From assembly GCA_002269645.1 (NCBI GenBank), contig NIVC01000660.1, positions 124,001 to 188,000 of the forward strand: DNA of 64,000 bases, given 5' to 3'. This DNA is from Macrostomum lignano (lineage: Eukaryota). Shown here piece by piece: positions 49,099 through 63,486 of the stretch (positions are counted from its first letter, which is position 1; each line of letters opens with the position of its first letter). The translations under genes were made by a program, and so were the position numbers. Below the pieces are notes generated by a model, which was given only the letters and a program-made list of their open reading frames with translations, had not been told where the DNA came from and ran no database searches.

Positions 49099-50836
49099 CT
49101 GCTTTTGTAGAGGAGAGGCAACCAATGGAAAATGTTAAGCCTAAGGAAAAGTTTCCCCAGTCTTTTTACATTTTTCCTTTCGTTTACGTAAGTGTAACTT
49201 CACAAAGGGAGAACTTTTTCTAACTACCGAGGAAGCAAGCTTTGACTCAGTGACAAGTTGCGAAGGAAAAATGTTTTCTAAAGAAAGCATATTTTTGTTT
49301 GAGTGTTGCAACTAGCTATTTCCGAAGTTGTAACGTATACACAGATTGACAGCTGCTCAGCGGGAGGTGGCAAAAACTGGAACTTTTTTATCTAGACTGC
49401 TTGGTGGACCTCCCGTTGTGCGACCGTCGAAGTCTCTGTGTTCCGCTATGCAGCAAAAGGTCATCCAATTATTAACCCAATCAGGGGCTTTGAGTGTAGT
49501 AGAGGTTGGTGTCAGTCAGTCAATCACTCTGTAGTATTGCCTTCTGATGAAACTGTGCTCCGAGCTCCACACGAATGCAGTGTGTACAAGGTCTGTTTCC
49601 TAGAAAAAATTGGTCTTTTGTAACTGTTTTAACAGTTTCTATGAGCATAAATACTTAACAACATTAAAAAGTCGCCACCTTTGAGTGAGCAGTAAATCCT
49701 AGCTCAGTATTGACTTTTGAGTGACGCAACCTGCGTTACGTGATGCAGAGTTTGGCTGGGTGAGGAGGGATTGGGAAGAGCGGAGGGCGAAGATTGGATA
49801 GATTGAAGCTTCCGATTGGTTTTCATTGTTTTTTTTCAAGTATTTTTTAATATCAAAATGGTTGGCCAGGTGATAGACGCTGGTCGAAAGACACTGCTCA
49901 CTGGGGCAAAGGGTGGCGACTTTTCAATGTTGCTAAGTATATTTTGCAGGATCGCTACGAAGGTCCAACTGGTGTTAACCACTATACCCAGAAGTACTAG
50001 CCAACCTAATTAGGTTCTCAACTAGCTATTATTTGGTCTATTGTATTGACCTGATGGGTTGGAACGCGTTTAGTGTAATGTGATGATATCAGAGCATAGT
50101 GAAATGGGAAATTTATAGGTTAAACAATCATTTTTAGTATTATAGGATTGCGAAGTGTAAGATACTGAAGTAATATAAGAATTGGACAGTGTAATGATTG
50201 TGAGGAAAGGCACAGGTGTCGATTTGCCGAGACTCGAGAGTATAGTTAAAAATGCGTTATGTGCAGTGCAATTTTCCTTGTTTACCTACTTTAAGTAGTA
50301 AACTACAGAGAACTATCGATATTAGACTTACAGGTGCGAAACAGCTTACAACCAATTCCAGTCAACCTCAAGCAAAGAAAAAATCAAAATGACTAAATCC
50401 ATTGGCATTGCTTAAAATTCGATCAATCGATTCGATTTAATCTCGGCAATGGCAAAGACGTGACTCATATTTCCGCTTAAAATATAAGCGCGCGCCGGTG
50501 CTCTGGTCCCTTTGTCAGGATTGTGGGGGAAACAAAATCAATATTTTTTCGGTTACTAAAAATAGAGCATTGAACATTTTATTAACACCGGGATTTCATT
50601 CGTCTACCAAAAATCTGTGGGCAGGGCAGAGAATATGCAGAGAGTATTGGGCAGGGCTAATGGCTCAAGCAACTGGTTAGTGCCTGTGTTAGTGCCTGCA
50701 CAACTGGTTAGTGCAGTCAAGTCAGTCAGTACGTTCGTAGTAAAGAATAGTAGCGGAAAATTAAAGCGTTTAGACTTAGACGTGCATTATATTATTAATA
50801 CTCAGATAAAAAACCTAAAAAAACTAGCGCAAATTA

Positions 50837-51373
50837 GGGGTCGCCATCATAAACCCGAAAGATCACAACTCCGAAAGCACTTCCCATCATAAACCCGAAA
50901 TATCACAAACCCGAAATATCATATCTCCGAAAACCAAAATAGCAACGTCCATCATAAACCCGAAATATCATAAACCCGAAATATCATAACTCCGAAAGTG
51001 CTAGCACTGCTAGCATGATGGGCGTTGCTGTTTTGGTTTTCGGAGATATGATATTTCGGGTTTGTGATATTTCGGGTTTATGATGGACGTTGCTAGCACT
51101 TTCGGAGATATGATATTTCGGGTTTGTGATGGGCGTTGCTATTTTGGTTTTCGGAGATATGATATTTCGGGTTTATGATATTTTGGGTTTATGATGAACG
51201 TTGCTAGCACTTTCGGAGTTATGATATTTCGGGTTTATGATATTTCGGGTTTGTGATATTTCGGGTTTGTGATATTTCGGGTTTATGATATTTCGGGTTT
51301 ATGATATTTCGGGTTTATGATGAAAAGCGCTTTTCGGAGTTGTGATTTTTCGGGTTTATGATGCCCCCCCCCC
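50837..51373. mobile_element. Fold-back MITE with modular inverted arms (catcataaacccgaaa / tttcgggtttatgatg)
   Basis: Arms are built from internally repeated modules, with the centre at ~51000-51015. AAATTA flanks both sides (50831-50836, 51374-51379) as an apparent TSD. Confidence 0.82.
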
Positions 51374-52570
51374 AAATTAGAGACAGAACAGAACAAGCGA
51401 CAGGTTTTTCTTACGCAAAGAAAGTGATCAGGAGCAGGACTAATAGAAAATACTCAGGGGGTTGGGCTGGGCGACGGGGACAGACAAGAATGGAGAGAAA
51501 GCCCGCTGTGTACATACTGTACAGATTATATGATCCTAGAGAGCTATGTACATTAACCCCTAACAGAGGCCCCAGTTAGTCAGAATTTGAGTGTACCCCG
51601 TACGCACCAAATTTTCTCACTTTGCTCCAGGCCCCCCATGGCGCGCTGTTAGGACCAGACTGAGTGTGCGCGAACGATCAATTCCACTCAAGCCACCCCC
51701 ACTCCGCCCCACCCGATACGATAGATATAGCCTTCTTAAGACTAAAAGTTAACCCCCGCCCGTTTTGTTCCGTCATGCGCCGCGAATTGTAAAAGTTTTT
51801 ACTTTCTGGCCTATCTGCGACTCTTCAGTCTTCGTCATTGCAAGGATCGTAAAAACCAATTAAAAAAGACACAAATTACTCGTAGCTTAAAGAAAAGCAG
51901 CTTTTTGCGAATCCACATTTCGCAGCCTATCGATTAGAGAAGGTCGAAGAAAAAACATCGACGTTAATTAGGTCGACAGTCGACCCGACGACCTACAGCA
52001 GGTTAGCTATAATTGCGCGCATAACTTTAGAAACTTGAGCTAGCTAATTTATAATTGTCTTAGAATCATAGACATACTGTAGGCTTAATCATAAGTTGTT
52101 GCGATTTAATTAAATAATTTAATTAAACAAATGAATAACCAAAATAAAATTTTACAACTGCAGTAAGTGCGGCCAAACTTTTCTACGAATCAAAGGAGAG
52201 GAATCGGATTCCATATTTGGTAAGTTAGATTAGAAGTTAAAATTAATTACCTAATTTCAAAGATAACTGTTTAAATAACTGCTTTTACTCGTAGTCGTAG
52301 AAAATGAAACTAAGAAAAACAAATACGCCAGTCGAGGAACTAATATTTTAATTTAAAAAGTAAGTTAATTATATACAGTATATAACATAAAATGTACTTT
52401 TATTAAATTCATCCAGGCATCCGAGGCTCCAAACAATCTCAATATACAAACCAGAAAAGGCCTTGTCGGCATTAGTCGTTAATTTTCTTAAACGAATCGT
52501 GAGAATTGTAAAGCTAATTTCTGCTCCTCCACCGAATAGAAAGAATCAGTTATTATTTACAACTTGAAGC

Positions 52571-55500
52571 ATGACGACTCTAGAAGTGGCGCTTCAGACG
52601 ACCATGGCGCCTAGTCTTAAAGAGCTGGGCAATATTTGGGATTACATTGGTGAGTGCACACGTTTTTGGTGCTTCGCTAACACTCAACTGTCGTTACCTT
52701 ATTCATTTTCTTTCTCTAGTCAAAGTCTAATTATTTTTATTGCCGTTGTAATTTCTTTGTTTAATGATTCGTTTCCTTGTTTTCTTGGCGCCAGTTAATT
52801 GCTTGAAGTATGTTATATTAGTTATTTAGCTACTTCTTTCTTAGTTAAATTTTATAGGAGTTTTTACATCGTTCTGAATGTTTTTTTGAAAATTCTCAAC
52901 TTATCAAAAATTGCCTTTTAGGCATAGCCAGTTTCAGTAATAATCGCCCTCAAACCCTTTGAAGAATGGCCCTTGGCCCTTAAACTCTTTAAAGAATCGC
53001 CATCAAACCCTTTAAAGAATCGCCATCAAACCCTTTAGATCGCTCTCAGACCCTTTAAAGAATCGCCATCAAACCCTTTAGATCGCTCTCAGACCCTTTA
53101 AAGAATCGCCCTCAAACCCCCTTAAAGAATCGCAATCAAACCCTTTAAAGAATCGCCATCAAACCCTTTAAAGAATCGCCATCAAAGCCTTTAAAGAATC
53201 GCCATAAACCCTTTAAAGAATCGCCCTCAAAGCCTTTAAAGAATCGCCCTCAAACCCTTTAAAGAATCGCCCTCAAACCCTATAAAGAATCGCCCTCAAA
53301 CCCTTTAAAGAATCGCCCTCAAACCATTTAAAGAATCGCCCTCAGGCCTCAAACCATTTAAAGAATCGCCATCAAACCTTTAAAGAATCGCCCCTCAAAC
53401 CATTTAAAGAATCGCCCTCAAACCCCCTTAAAGAATCGCCCTCAAACCCTATAAAGAATCGCCCTCAAACCTTTTAAAGAATCGCCCTCAAACCATTTAA
53501 AGAATCGCCCTCAGGCCTCAAACCATTTAAAGAATCGCCATCAAACCTTTAAAGAATCGCCCTCAAACCATTTAAAGAATCGCCCTCAAACCCTTTAAAG
53601 AATCGCCCTCAAACCCTATAAAGAATCGCCCTCAAATCATTTAAAGAATCGCCCTCAAACCCTTTAATGAATCGCCCTCAAACCCTTTAAAGAATCGCCC
53701 TCAAACCCTTTAAAGAATCGCCCTCAAACCCCCTTAAAGAATCGCCCTCAAACCCTTTAAAGAATCGCCCTCAAACCCTAAAGAATCGCCTTAAAACCCT
53801 TTAAAAGATCGCCCTCAAAGCCTTTAAAGAATCGCCCTCAAAACCTTTAAAGAATCGCCCTCAAACCCTTTAAAGAATCGTCCTCAAACCCTATAAAGAA
53901 TCGCCCTCAAACCCTTTAAAGAATCGCCCTCAAACCCCCTTAAAGAATCGCTTTCAAACCTCTTAAAGAATCGCCCTCAAACCCCTTAAAGAATCGCCTT
54001 AAAACCCTTTGAAAGATCGCCCTCAAAGCCTTTAAAGAATCGCCCTCAAACCCTATAAAGAATCGCCCTCAAATCATTTAAAGAATCGCCCTCAAACCCT
54101 TTAATGAATCGCCCCTCAAACCATTTAAAGAATCGCCCTCAAACCCTTTAAAAAATCGCCCTCAAACCCTTTAAAGAATCGCCCTCAAACCCTTTAAAGA
54201 ATCGCCCTAAAACCCTTTAAAGAATTGCCCTCAAACCATTTAAAGAATCGCCCTCAAACCCTTTAAAGAATCGCCCTCAAACCATTTAAAGAATCGCCCT
54301 CAAACCCTTTAAAGAATCGCCCTCAAACCCTATAAAGAATCGCCCTCAAACCATTTAAAGAATCGCCCTCAGGCCTCAAACCATTTAAAGAATCGCCATC
54401 AAACCTTTAAAGAATCGCCCTCAAACCCTTTAAAGAATCGCCCTCAAATCATTTAAAGAATCGCCCTCAAACCCTTTAATGAATCGCCCTCAAACCATTT
54501 AAAGAATCGCCCTCAAAACCTTTAAAGAATCGCCCTCAAATCATTTAAAGAATCGCCCTCAAACCCTTTAATGAATCGCCCTCAAACCATTTAAAGAATC
54601 GCCCTCAAAACCTTTAAAGAATCGCCCTCAAACCCTTTAAAGAATCGTCCTCAAACCCTATAAAGAATCGCCCTCAAACCCTTTAAAGAATCGCCCTCAA
54701 ACCCCCTTAAAGAATCGCTTTCAAACCTCTTAAAGAATCGCCCTCAAACCCCTTAAAGAATCGCCTTAAAACCCTTTGAAAGATCGCCATCAAACCTTTA
54801 AAGAATCGCCCTCAAACCCTTTAAAGAATCGCCCTCAAATCATTTAAAGAATCGCCCTCAAACCCTTTAAAGAATCGCCCTTAAACCCTTTAAAGAATCG
54901 CCCTCAAACCCTTTAAAGAATCGCCCTCAGGCCTCAAACCATTTAAAGAATCGCCATCAAACCTTTAAAGAATCGCCCTCAAACCCTTTAAAGAATCGCC
55001 CTCAAATCATTTAAAGAATCGCCCTCAAACCCTTTAATGAATCGCCCTCAAACCATTTAAAGAATCGCCCTCAAAACCTTTAAAGAATCGCCCTCAAACC
55101 CTTTAAAGAATCGTCCTCAAACCCTATAAAGAATCGCCCTCAAACCCTTTAAAGAATCGCCCTCAAACCCCCTTAAAGAATCGCTTTCAAACCTCTTAAA
55201 GAATCGCCCTCAAACCCCTTAAAGAATCGCCTTAAAACCCTTTGAAAGATCGCCCTCAAAGCCTTTAAAGAATCGCCCTCAAACCCTATAAAGAATCACC
55301 CTCAAATCATTTAAAGAATCGCCCTCAAACCCTTTAATGAATCGCCCCTCAAACCATTTAAAGAATCGCCCTCGAACCCTTTAAAAAATCGCTCTCAAAC
55401 CCTTTAAAGAATCGCCCTCAAACCCTTTAAAGAATCGCCCTAAAACCCTTTAAAGAATTGCCCTCAAACCTTTTAAAGAATCGCCCTAAAACCCTTTAAA

Positions 55501-58500
55501 GAATCGCCCTCAAACCATTTAAAGAATCGCCCTCAAACCCTTTAAAGAATCGCCATCAAACCCTATAAAGAATCGCCCTCAAACCCTTTAAAGAATCGCC
55601 CTCAGGCCTCAAACCATTTAAAGAATCGCCATCAAACCTTTAAAGAATCGCCCTCAAACCCTTTAAAGAATCGCCCTCAAACCCTTTAAACTAAAGAATC
55701 GCCCTCAAACCCTTTAAAGAATCGCCCTCAAACCCTTTAAAGAATCGCCCTCAAACCCTTTAAAGAATCGCCCTCAGGCCTCAAACCATTTAAAGAATCG
55801 CCATCAAACCTTTAAAGAATCGCCCTCAAACCCTTTAAAGAATCGCCCTGAAATCATTTAAAGAATCGCCCTCAAACCCTTTAATGAATCGCCCCTCAAA
55901 CCATTTAAAGAATCGCCCTCAAACCCTTTAAAGAATTGCCCTCAAACCCTTTAAAGAATCGCCCCTCAAACCATTTAAAGAAACGCCCTCAAACCCTTTA
56001 AAGAATCAACCTCAAACCCTTTAAAGAATCGCTCTCAAACCCTATAAAGAATCGCCCTCAGGCCTCAAACCATTTAAAAAATCGCCATCAAACCTTTAAA
56101 GAATCGCCCTCAAACCCTTTAAAGAATCGCCCTCAAACCCTTTAAAGAATCGCCCTCAAACCCTTTAAAGAATCGCCATCAAACCCTTTAAAGAATCGCC
56201 ATCAAACCCTTTAAAGAATCGCCATCAAACCCTTTAAAGAATCGCCATCAAACTCTTTAAAGAATCGCCCTCAAACCCTTTAAAGAATCGCCATCAAACT
56301 CTTTAAAGAATCGCCATCAAACCCTTTAAAAAATCGCCATCAAACCCTTTAAAAGATCTCCCTCAAAGCCTTTAAAGAATCGCCCATCGCCCTCAAGCTC
56401 GTTAAATAATCGCCCTCAAACCCTTTAAAGAATCGCCCTCAAACTCTTTAAAATGACCCAAAAACTGTTTAGCCAACGAGAAGAATCTGATCTTTCGCCA
56501 AATCACAATTCCTCAGGCTATCCAGAAGACCAGAAAACTGCCAAACTCAACAGCCTGGCAGATTCTCTGCAGCGCTGCCTGCTTGAGTTCATCAGAACCG
56601 AGAATGAGTACAGAATCGGATTGGAGTCTAGAATTGAGTCGCTAAAACGTAAAGCTGCTCAGGTGTGTTTAAAAATACTTTTTATCGGTAATGTACATGT
56701 TTCTGGATTGCGTTCAATCAGACAGACAGACACAGACAACTTGTACTCGTAGATACGTGTAGACACTATGCATTTTAGACAGACAGGCCAGACACATAAA
56801 GACAGAAATTAAGATAAGCAGACACGAAAAGACAGACACAAGCAGACACAGGAAGACAGGCACTAAGACAAGCGGACAGGCAAGAAGACAAGCAGAAACA
56901 GAAAGAACTAGTGCAAGTAGACACAAAGAAAGGCACAAGCAGACACAAGAAGACAGGCACTAAGACAAGCGGACAGGCAAGAAGACAAGCAGAAACAGAA
57001 AGAACTAGGGCAAGTAGACACAAAGAAAGGCACAAGCAGACACAGGAAGACAGGCACTAAGGTAGACTAGAGAAGACAGGCACTGGGACAAGTGGACACG
57101 CAGGAAGACAGATACAAGATGCTTGTATCGTACAAACAATTGATGACATTAAAATTGAAAACCATATAGAACAAAAAGTGCCTTAAACGAGTCATAGCAG
57201 TAACATTTTAACCAAAACTGTTTTTTATTTCAACAGGTGTGCCAAAGTCTCCGCCTGCCGCCGTACTTTCCACCCCGCGGCCTGCCCTCGCTGCATTTGC
57301 TGACTCAACTTGAGCAGCATATTGCTCAGTACGAGGTTGAAATCACTGCCAGACAGGGCAGTTTCAACCAGAAATTGCAGGCGATTAAAGATTTGTGTGG
57401 CCGTCTCGGTCTGGATGTTGATGCTCAATTGCAGGTGAGAAATTAGGGAGTGTTCTCAGCAGTCCGACTCTCGAGCCATGCACGACCCCTGGCTCGATTC
57501 CGTGCACGGGCACCTAATTGTGTGTGGGATTCTGAAGTATGGATTGTGGGATTCTGAAGTATGGAGTGTGGGATTCTAAAGTGTGGAGTGTGAGATTCTG
57601 AAGCATGGAGTGCGGGATTCTGAAGTATGGAGTGTGGGATTCTAAAGTATGAAGTGTGGGATTCTGAAGTATGGAGTGTGGGGTTCTGAAGTATAGAGTG
57701 TGGGATTCTGAAGTATGGAGTGTGGGATTCTGAAGTATGGAGTGTGGGATTCTGAAGTATGGAGTGTGGGATTCTGAAGTATGGAGCGTGGGATTCTAAA
57801 GTGTGGAGTGTGAGATTCTGAAGCATGGAGTGCGGGATTCTGAAGTATGGAGTGTGGGATTCTAAAGTATGGAGTGTGGGATTCTGAAGTATGGAGTGTG
57901 GGGTTCTGAAGTATGGAGTGTGGGGTTCTGAAGTATGGAGTGTGGGATTCTGAAGTATGGAGTGTGGGATTCTGAAGTATGGAGTGTGGGATTCTGAAGT
58001 ATGGAGCGTGGGATTCTAAAGTGTGGAGTGTGAGATTCTGAAGCATGGAGTGCGGGATTCTGAAGTATGGAGTGTGGGATTCTAAAGTATGGAGTGTGGG
58101 ATTCTGAAGTATGGAGTGTGGGGTTCTGAAGTATGGAGTGTGGGGTTCTGAAGTATGGAGTGTGGGATTCTGAAGTATGGAGTGTGGGATTCTAAAGTGT
58201 GGAGTGTGAGATTCTGAAGCACGGAGTGCGGGATTCTGAAGTATGGAGTGTGGGATTCTAAAGTATGGAGTGTGGGATTTTAAAGTATGGAGTGTGGGGT
58301 TCTGAAGTATGGAGTGTGGGATTCTGAAGTATGGCTTGTGGGATTCTAAAGTATGGCTTATGGGATTCTAAGGTATAGATTGTGGAATTCTGAAGTATGG
58401 ATTGTGGAATTCTGAAGTATGGATTGTGGAATTCTGAAGTATGGATTGTGGGATTCTGAAGTATGGAGTGTGGGATTCTAAAGTATGGCTTGTGGGATTC

Positions 58501-60211
58501 TAAAGTATGGCTTGTGGGATTCTAAAGTATGGCTTATGGGATTCTAAGGTATAGATTGTGGAATTCTGAAGTATGGATTGTGGAATTCTGAAGTATGGAT
58601 TGTGGGATTCTGAAGTATGGAGTGTGGGATTCTGAAGTATGGAGTGTGGGATTCTGAAGTATGAAGTGTGGGATTCTAAAGTGTGGAGTGTGAGATTCTG
58701 AAGCACGGAGTGCGGGATTCTGAAGTATGGAGTGTGGGATTCTGAAGTATGGAGTGTGGGATTCTGAAGTATGGAGTGTGGGGTTCTGAAGTATAGAGTG
58801 TGGGATTCTAAAGTATGGAGTGTGGGATTCTGAAGTATGGAGTGTGGGGTTCTGAAGTATGGAGTGTGGGATTCTAAAGTATGGCTTGTGGGATTCTAAA
58901 GTATGGCTTATGGGATTCTAAGGAATAGATTGTGGAATTCTGAAGTATGGATTGTGGGATTCTGAAGTATGGAGTGTGGGATTCTGAAGTACGGAGTGTG
59001 GGATTCTGAAGTATGGAGTGTGGGATTCTAAAGTATGGCTTGTGGGATTCTAAAGTATGGCTTATGGGATTCTAAAGTATGGCTTATGGGATTCTAAGGT
59101 ATAGATTGTGGAATTCTGAAGTATGGATTGTGGAATTCTGAAGTATGGATTGTGGGATTCTGAAGTATGGAGTGTGGGATTCTGAAGTATGGATTGTGGG
59201 ATTCTGAAGTATGGAGTGTGGGATTCTGAAGTATGGAGTGTGGGATTCTGAAGTATGGAGTGTGGGATTCTGAAGTATGGAGTGTGGGATTCTGAAGTAT
59301 GAAGTGTGGGATTCTAAAGTATGGAGTGTGGGATTCTGAAGTATGGAGTGTGGGATTCTAAAGTATGGAGTGTGGGATTCTGAAGCATGGAGTGCGGGAT
59401 TCTGAAGTATGGAGTGTGGGATTCTAAAGTATGGAGTGTGGGATTCTGAAGTATGGAGTGTGGGGTTCTGAAGTATGGAGTGTGGGGTTCTGAAGTATGG
59501 AGTGTGGGATTCTAAAGTATAGAGTGTGGGATTCTGAAGTATGGAGTGTGAGGCTCAGGACTCATACACGTTGATAATTATATTGGGATCTGAGATCGCA
59601 CATTGTTAAAGCTACGATCTCATTAATCCCATAAAAAATCGGCAGTCGCTTCCATCGCCCGGCGCAAATCCTGACGAGTTCATACCCAGCGAGCAGGATC
59701 TCAACAAGATGCAGCGGAAGCTGGACGAACTGCAAGCTCGACACGACCAAATGCTGGCCTCGTTTACCAACTTTTGCCAGGATATTCGCAGGTTTGGTAG
59801 TTTTTTATAACCTTTTTCTGACATATCGCTCTGGAAACAACCTACCCTAGAAATATCCTCTCCTGACTTCAGAATCGCCACGGACATCGAGTACTTGCCA
59901 GAAACGGCAGCTGAAGCCGCCATCCTCAGCGACTCTACTCAATATTCTATGGCTTCCACGTCTTCAAAGTCTTTGAATAACAACAATAACGAAAAGCCTT
60001 TGTCGTTGACAGAATCGGCTGCGCCAGCCGCTTGGCCTCTGACAGACACCAGCCTGTCAGAGCTGGCGGCTTGGCGACTCCGCCTGGTGAAGCACAAGGC
60101 AATGCTGGTTGGCACCTGCGACGAGCTTCGAGCGCAGGTTGCGTTGCTAAGGCAACGGCTGAGGCTCGGCGATGAGGATGACGAATTTCAGGTGAGACAG
60201 CTGTCTGTCTA

Positions 60212-60252
<41 letters not shown>

Positions 60253-60257
60253 CTGCC

Positions 60258-60308
<51 letters not shown>

Positions 60309-62314
60309 GTCTGTCTGTCTGTCTGTCTGTCCGTTTGTCTGTCTGTCTGTCTATCTGTCTGTCTGTCTGTCTGTCCGTTCAGCTGTCCGTGTCTGCGTGT
60401 CTGTCTGTTGGTCTTTAGTTTCTTGGCATCTCGCAGCTTTCTACACCAAGCCAGTCCCTTAAACCTGCTTTCACCCAACAGCTTAGCCGTCACCAAGGCT
60501 ACCGGCCCAGCGACCTCGCAGCCCTGCAGTCCGAGCTGGCCCGCTGCCAGAATCTACGCGACGGGCCCATGGCCTCCGCCTACGCAGCCAGCCTGCGGCG
60601 GGAGGCGGCCGAACTGGCCGCGCTGTGCTTTGCCTCCATCGAGGATGCTGTTGGAGCTGGAGGTGAGGGGAAATCAAAAATTTAAATTTAAATTACTTAA
60701 TTGGGACACAGGATTTAACATTCAGACTCGGGATTGAGCATTGGGACTCTGGGATTCAAGATTGGGACCCGGGGATTCAACATTGGGACTCTGGGATTGA
60801 ACATTGGGACTCTGGGATTCAATATTGGGACTCGGGAGCGAACATTGGGACTCTGGGATTGAACATTGAAACTCGGGGATTATTCGTATATCCTTCCTTG
60901 AACTGTTCACAGACCCAGGCCTCACTAACGAAGCGCTGGAAGCTCGAGTTGAGCAACTTCGCAATCGCTACGAGTCCAGTAGAGAACTTTATGACACCGT
61001 GCGGCTGTACCAGCTCACCTGGGAAGCTTACCTGGATGTTGAGCAGCGGATGAAGGATCCCAGCATCTTCAGCAATCGCGGCGGTATCCTGCTCAAAACG
61101 GAGAAAGAGAAGAAGCACCTGTTGAAAGAGCTGCCCCGTGTGGAGGCTCGCGTGGCTGAGCAGCTTCGAGCTTGCCGAGGCGGTGACAGGTTCAAGATCG
61201 ACGGCCGGAGCTTCGAGGAGCACGTGCAGCACCTGTGGGACGGGTTCAAGGCCGAGCGGGAGGCCGCCAAGGCTAATCGGCGTGTTGGCAGGTGAGCGGA
61301 TGAGGTGTGAAACTTTATGCGCAAATCCCCTAAAACTTAACTCGCTTTATTAGGTACTAATAGTGTATGGCACTTTAACTGACCAGGTCTAGTGTGGCGC
61401 CTCTTCTGACCATGTCTAGTGTGGCGCCTCTTCTGACCATGTCTAGTGTGGCGCCTCTTCTGACCATGTCTAGTGTGGCGCCTCTTCTGACTGACCATGT
61501 CTAGTGTGGCGCCTCTTCTGACCATGTCTAGTGTGGCGCCTCTTCTGACTGACCATGTCTAGTGTGGCGCCTCTTCTGACTGACCATGTCTAGTGTGGCG
61601 CCTCTTCTGACTGACCATGTCTAGTGTGGCGCCTCTTCTGACTGACCATGTCTAGTGTGGCGCCTCTTCTGACCATATCTAGTTTGGCGCCTCTTCTGAC
61701 CATGTCTAGTTTGGCGCCTCTTCTGATCATATCTAGTGTGGCGCCTCTTCTGACCATGTCGAGTTTGGCGCCTCCTCTGACCATGTCGAGTTTGGCGCCT
61801 CCTCTGACCATGTGGAGTTTGGCGCCTCTTCTGACCATGTCGAGTGTGGCGCCTCTTCTGACCATATCTAGTGTGGCGTCTCTTCTGACCATGTCGAGTT
61901 TGGCGCCTCTTCTGACCATATCTAGTGTGGCGCCTCTTCTGACTGACCATGTCGAGTGTGGCGCCTCTTCTGACCATGTCTAGTTTGGCGCCTCTTCTGA
62001 CCATGTCTAGCTTGGCGCCTCTTCTGACCATGTCTAGCTTGGCGCCCCCTGACCATTTATTTGTCAAGTTCGGCGTCCCTCTAACCAAGTGATTTCTTTC
62101 ATCATTTTTCAGAGTCAGCATGGCCGGCAGTTCCAGCGACCTGTCGCTTCATCAGTCGGGCCAGCTGCCCGCTGCGGCACAAGCAACCCCAGCTGCTAAT
62201 CATCATCAGCAGCATCAGCAGCAGCCAATTTCGATGCAGCACTCGGCCGCGCCGTCTAGGAAGTCCCTGGCTCCAGCTGTGACGGCGGCTGGCAACACGT
62301 CAAAGCGATGGTGA
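52571..62314 (+). CDS. PRC1: PRC1/MAP65/Ase1-family microtubule bundler
   Basis: Phase-consistent GT-AG exons 52571-52649 (LGNIWDYIG), 56517-56662, 57237-57434, 59646-59791, 59873-60191, 60482-60662, 60913-61291 (DPSIFSNRGGILLKTEKE...FKIDGRSFEEHVQHLW) and 62113-62314. The last exon might instead splice onward at ATG/GTGAAT. Confidence 0.85.
52940..56450. repeat. Intronic 23-bp minisatellite (aaagaatcgccctcaaacccttt), ~3.5 kb
   Basis: Tandem array in PRC1 intron 1. Confidence 0.97.
57515..59550. repeat. Intronic 22-bp minisatellite (gaagtatggagtgtgggattct)
   Basis: Tandem array in PRC1 intron 3. Confidence 0.97.
60195..60400. repeat. Intronic (CTGT)n microsatellite
   Basis: Begins directly after the 60191 donor site. 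Confidence 0.95.
61380..62060. repeat. Intronic 27-bp minisatellite (ctgaccatgtctagtgtggcgcctctt) with 31-bp variants
   Basis: Tandem array in PRC1 intron 7. Confidence 0.96.
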
Positions 62315-63486
62315 ATGAATCTAGTTAGCTGTTTTAAAATGAGAAACAGATTTCATAATTGTTCAATATTGATATTGATGCCCGCTTCTATGTGTGTGCC
62401 GTTTTCATCCGGCTGTATTTTTACCGAATAACATACATGCGCAACCACCTGATTTACACTTTTTGACAAAAATGCGACTCACCTATGACAGAAACCCTAA
62501 AGCCAAATTAACGCTATTTTGGATAAACGGGAAGAGTAACTATAACTGTCTTAATGAGGCTAAATGCCTCGTCAGCTAATTAATACTCTGTCTATTTTTC
62601 CGTGTGGGCATCTTTGCGACTTGGATTGGCTGAACCCTTTGCCGGATCAAAGAATAATATCAAAGATAGTTGATGCCAATTAAATGCTTGAAATTTTTAC
62701 ATTCCAAACAGGCTTCACATCTAGACAAACTTGAACAAAGGCACGATCAAGTTAATGGTTCAATCGCCCAATTTATTGCCAGTATATAACTCGTATGGTA
62801 TTTATTGCTTCGTTAAATGATTTACTCAACATATCGGTGGTGCATCTCTTTTTTGTCAATTAATAATTCTAGAGTTTTCCAAGCAACTTCAGTAACAAAA
62901 CTTCAGACTTCCAACGTGTAAATTGTTCAACTGAGTCATTTTATGCACCTATCTTAATTACAAATGAGAGCTCTATAATAAGATGTTTCTTAGATTTTCG
63001 CTTAAGTTTTTATTGTTTTAATCTGTTAAGAATAACTTTTACCTTCCCTGATGGAGTAGTTTTTGGTTTTTATTCAAAACAGTTTTTGTTCAGCTTTTCG
63101 TAGTTTATTTGTTCTTATTTCGCAATTGTTATTTTATGCTACTAAAGGCGCGAAGTTAGTAGCATAGTATGTGCATATTGGCTATATTTATTTAGGTTTA
63201 TTCCTATGTCACGATCTTATAAATATTCAAACGTTATATTCAGGATTTGCTAATGAACTTTATTGAACAGTTTTTTTGAATACAACCCCAAATATATGAG
63301 CCCGTCTTGATTTATGTTAATAATTAAGATTTTGCCGATTCTTTACCTAATAAATCACATTCTGATCTAGTAAGTAATATGTAAGTAGTATGTTTAGCAT
63401 TTAAATTGACTTTCGGAGCAGTACGCTCGTAGTGTAGACAAGATTTTCATCTGAAAGGGGCAGGGTCACGAGCGAGCCAGAGCCAC

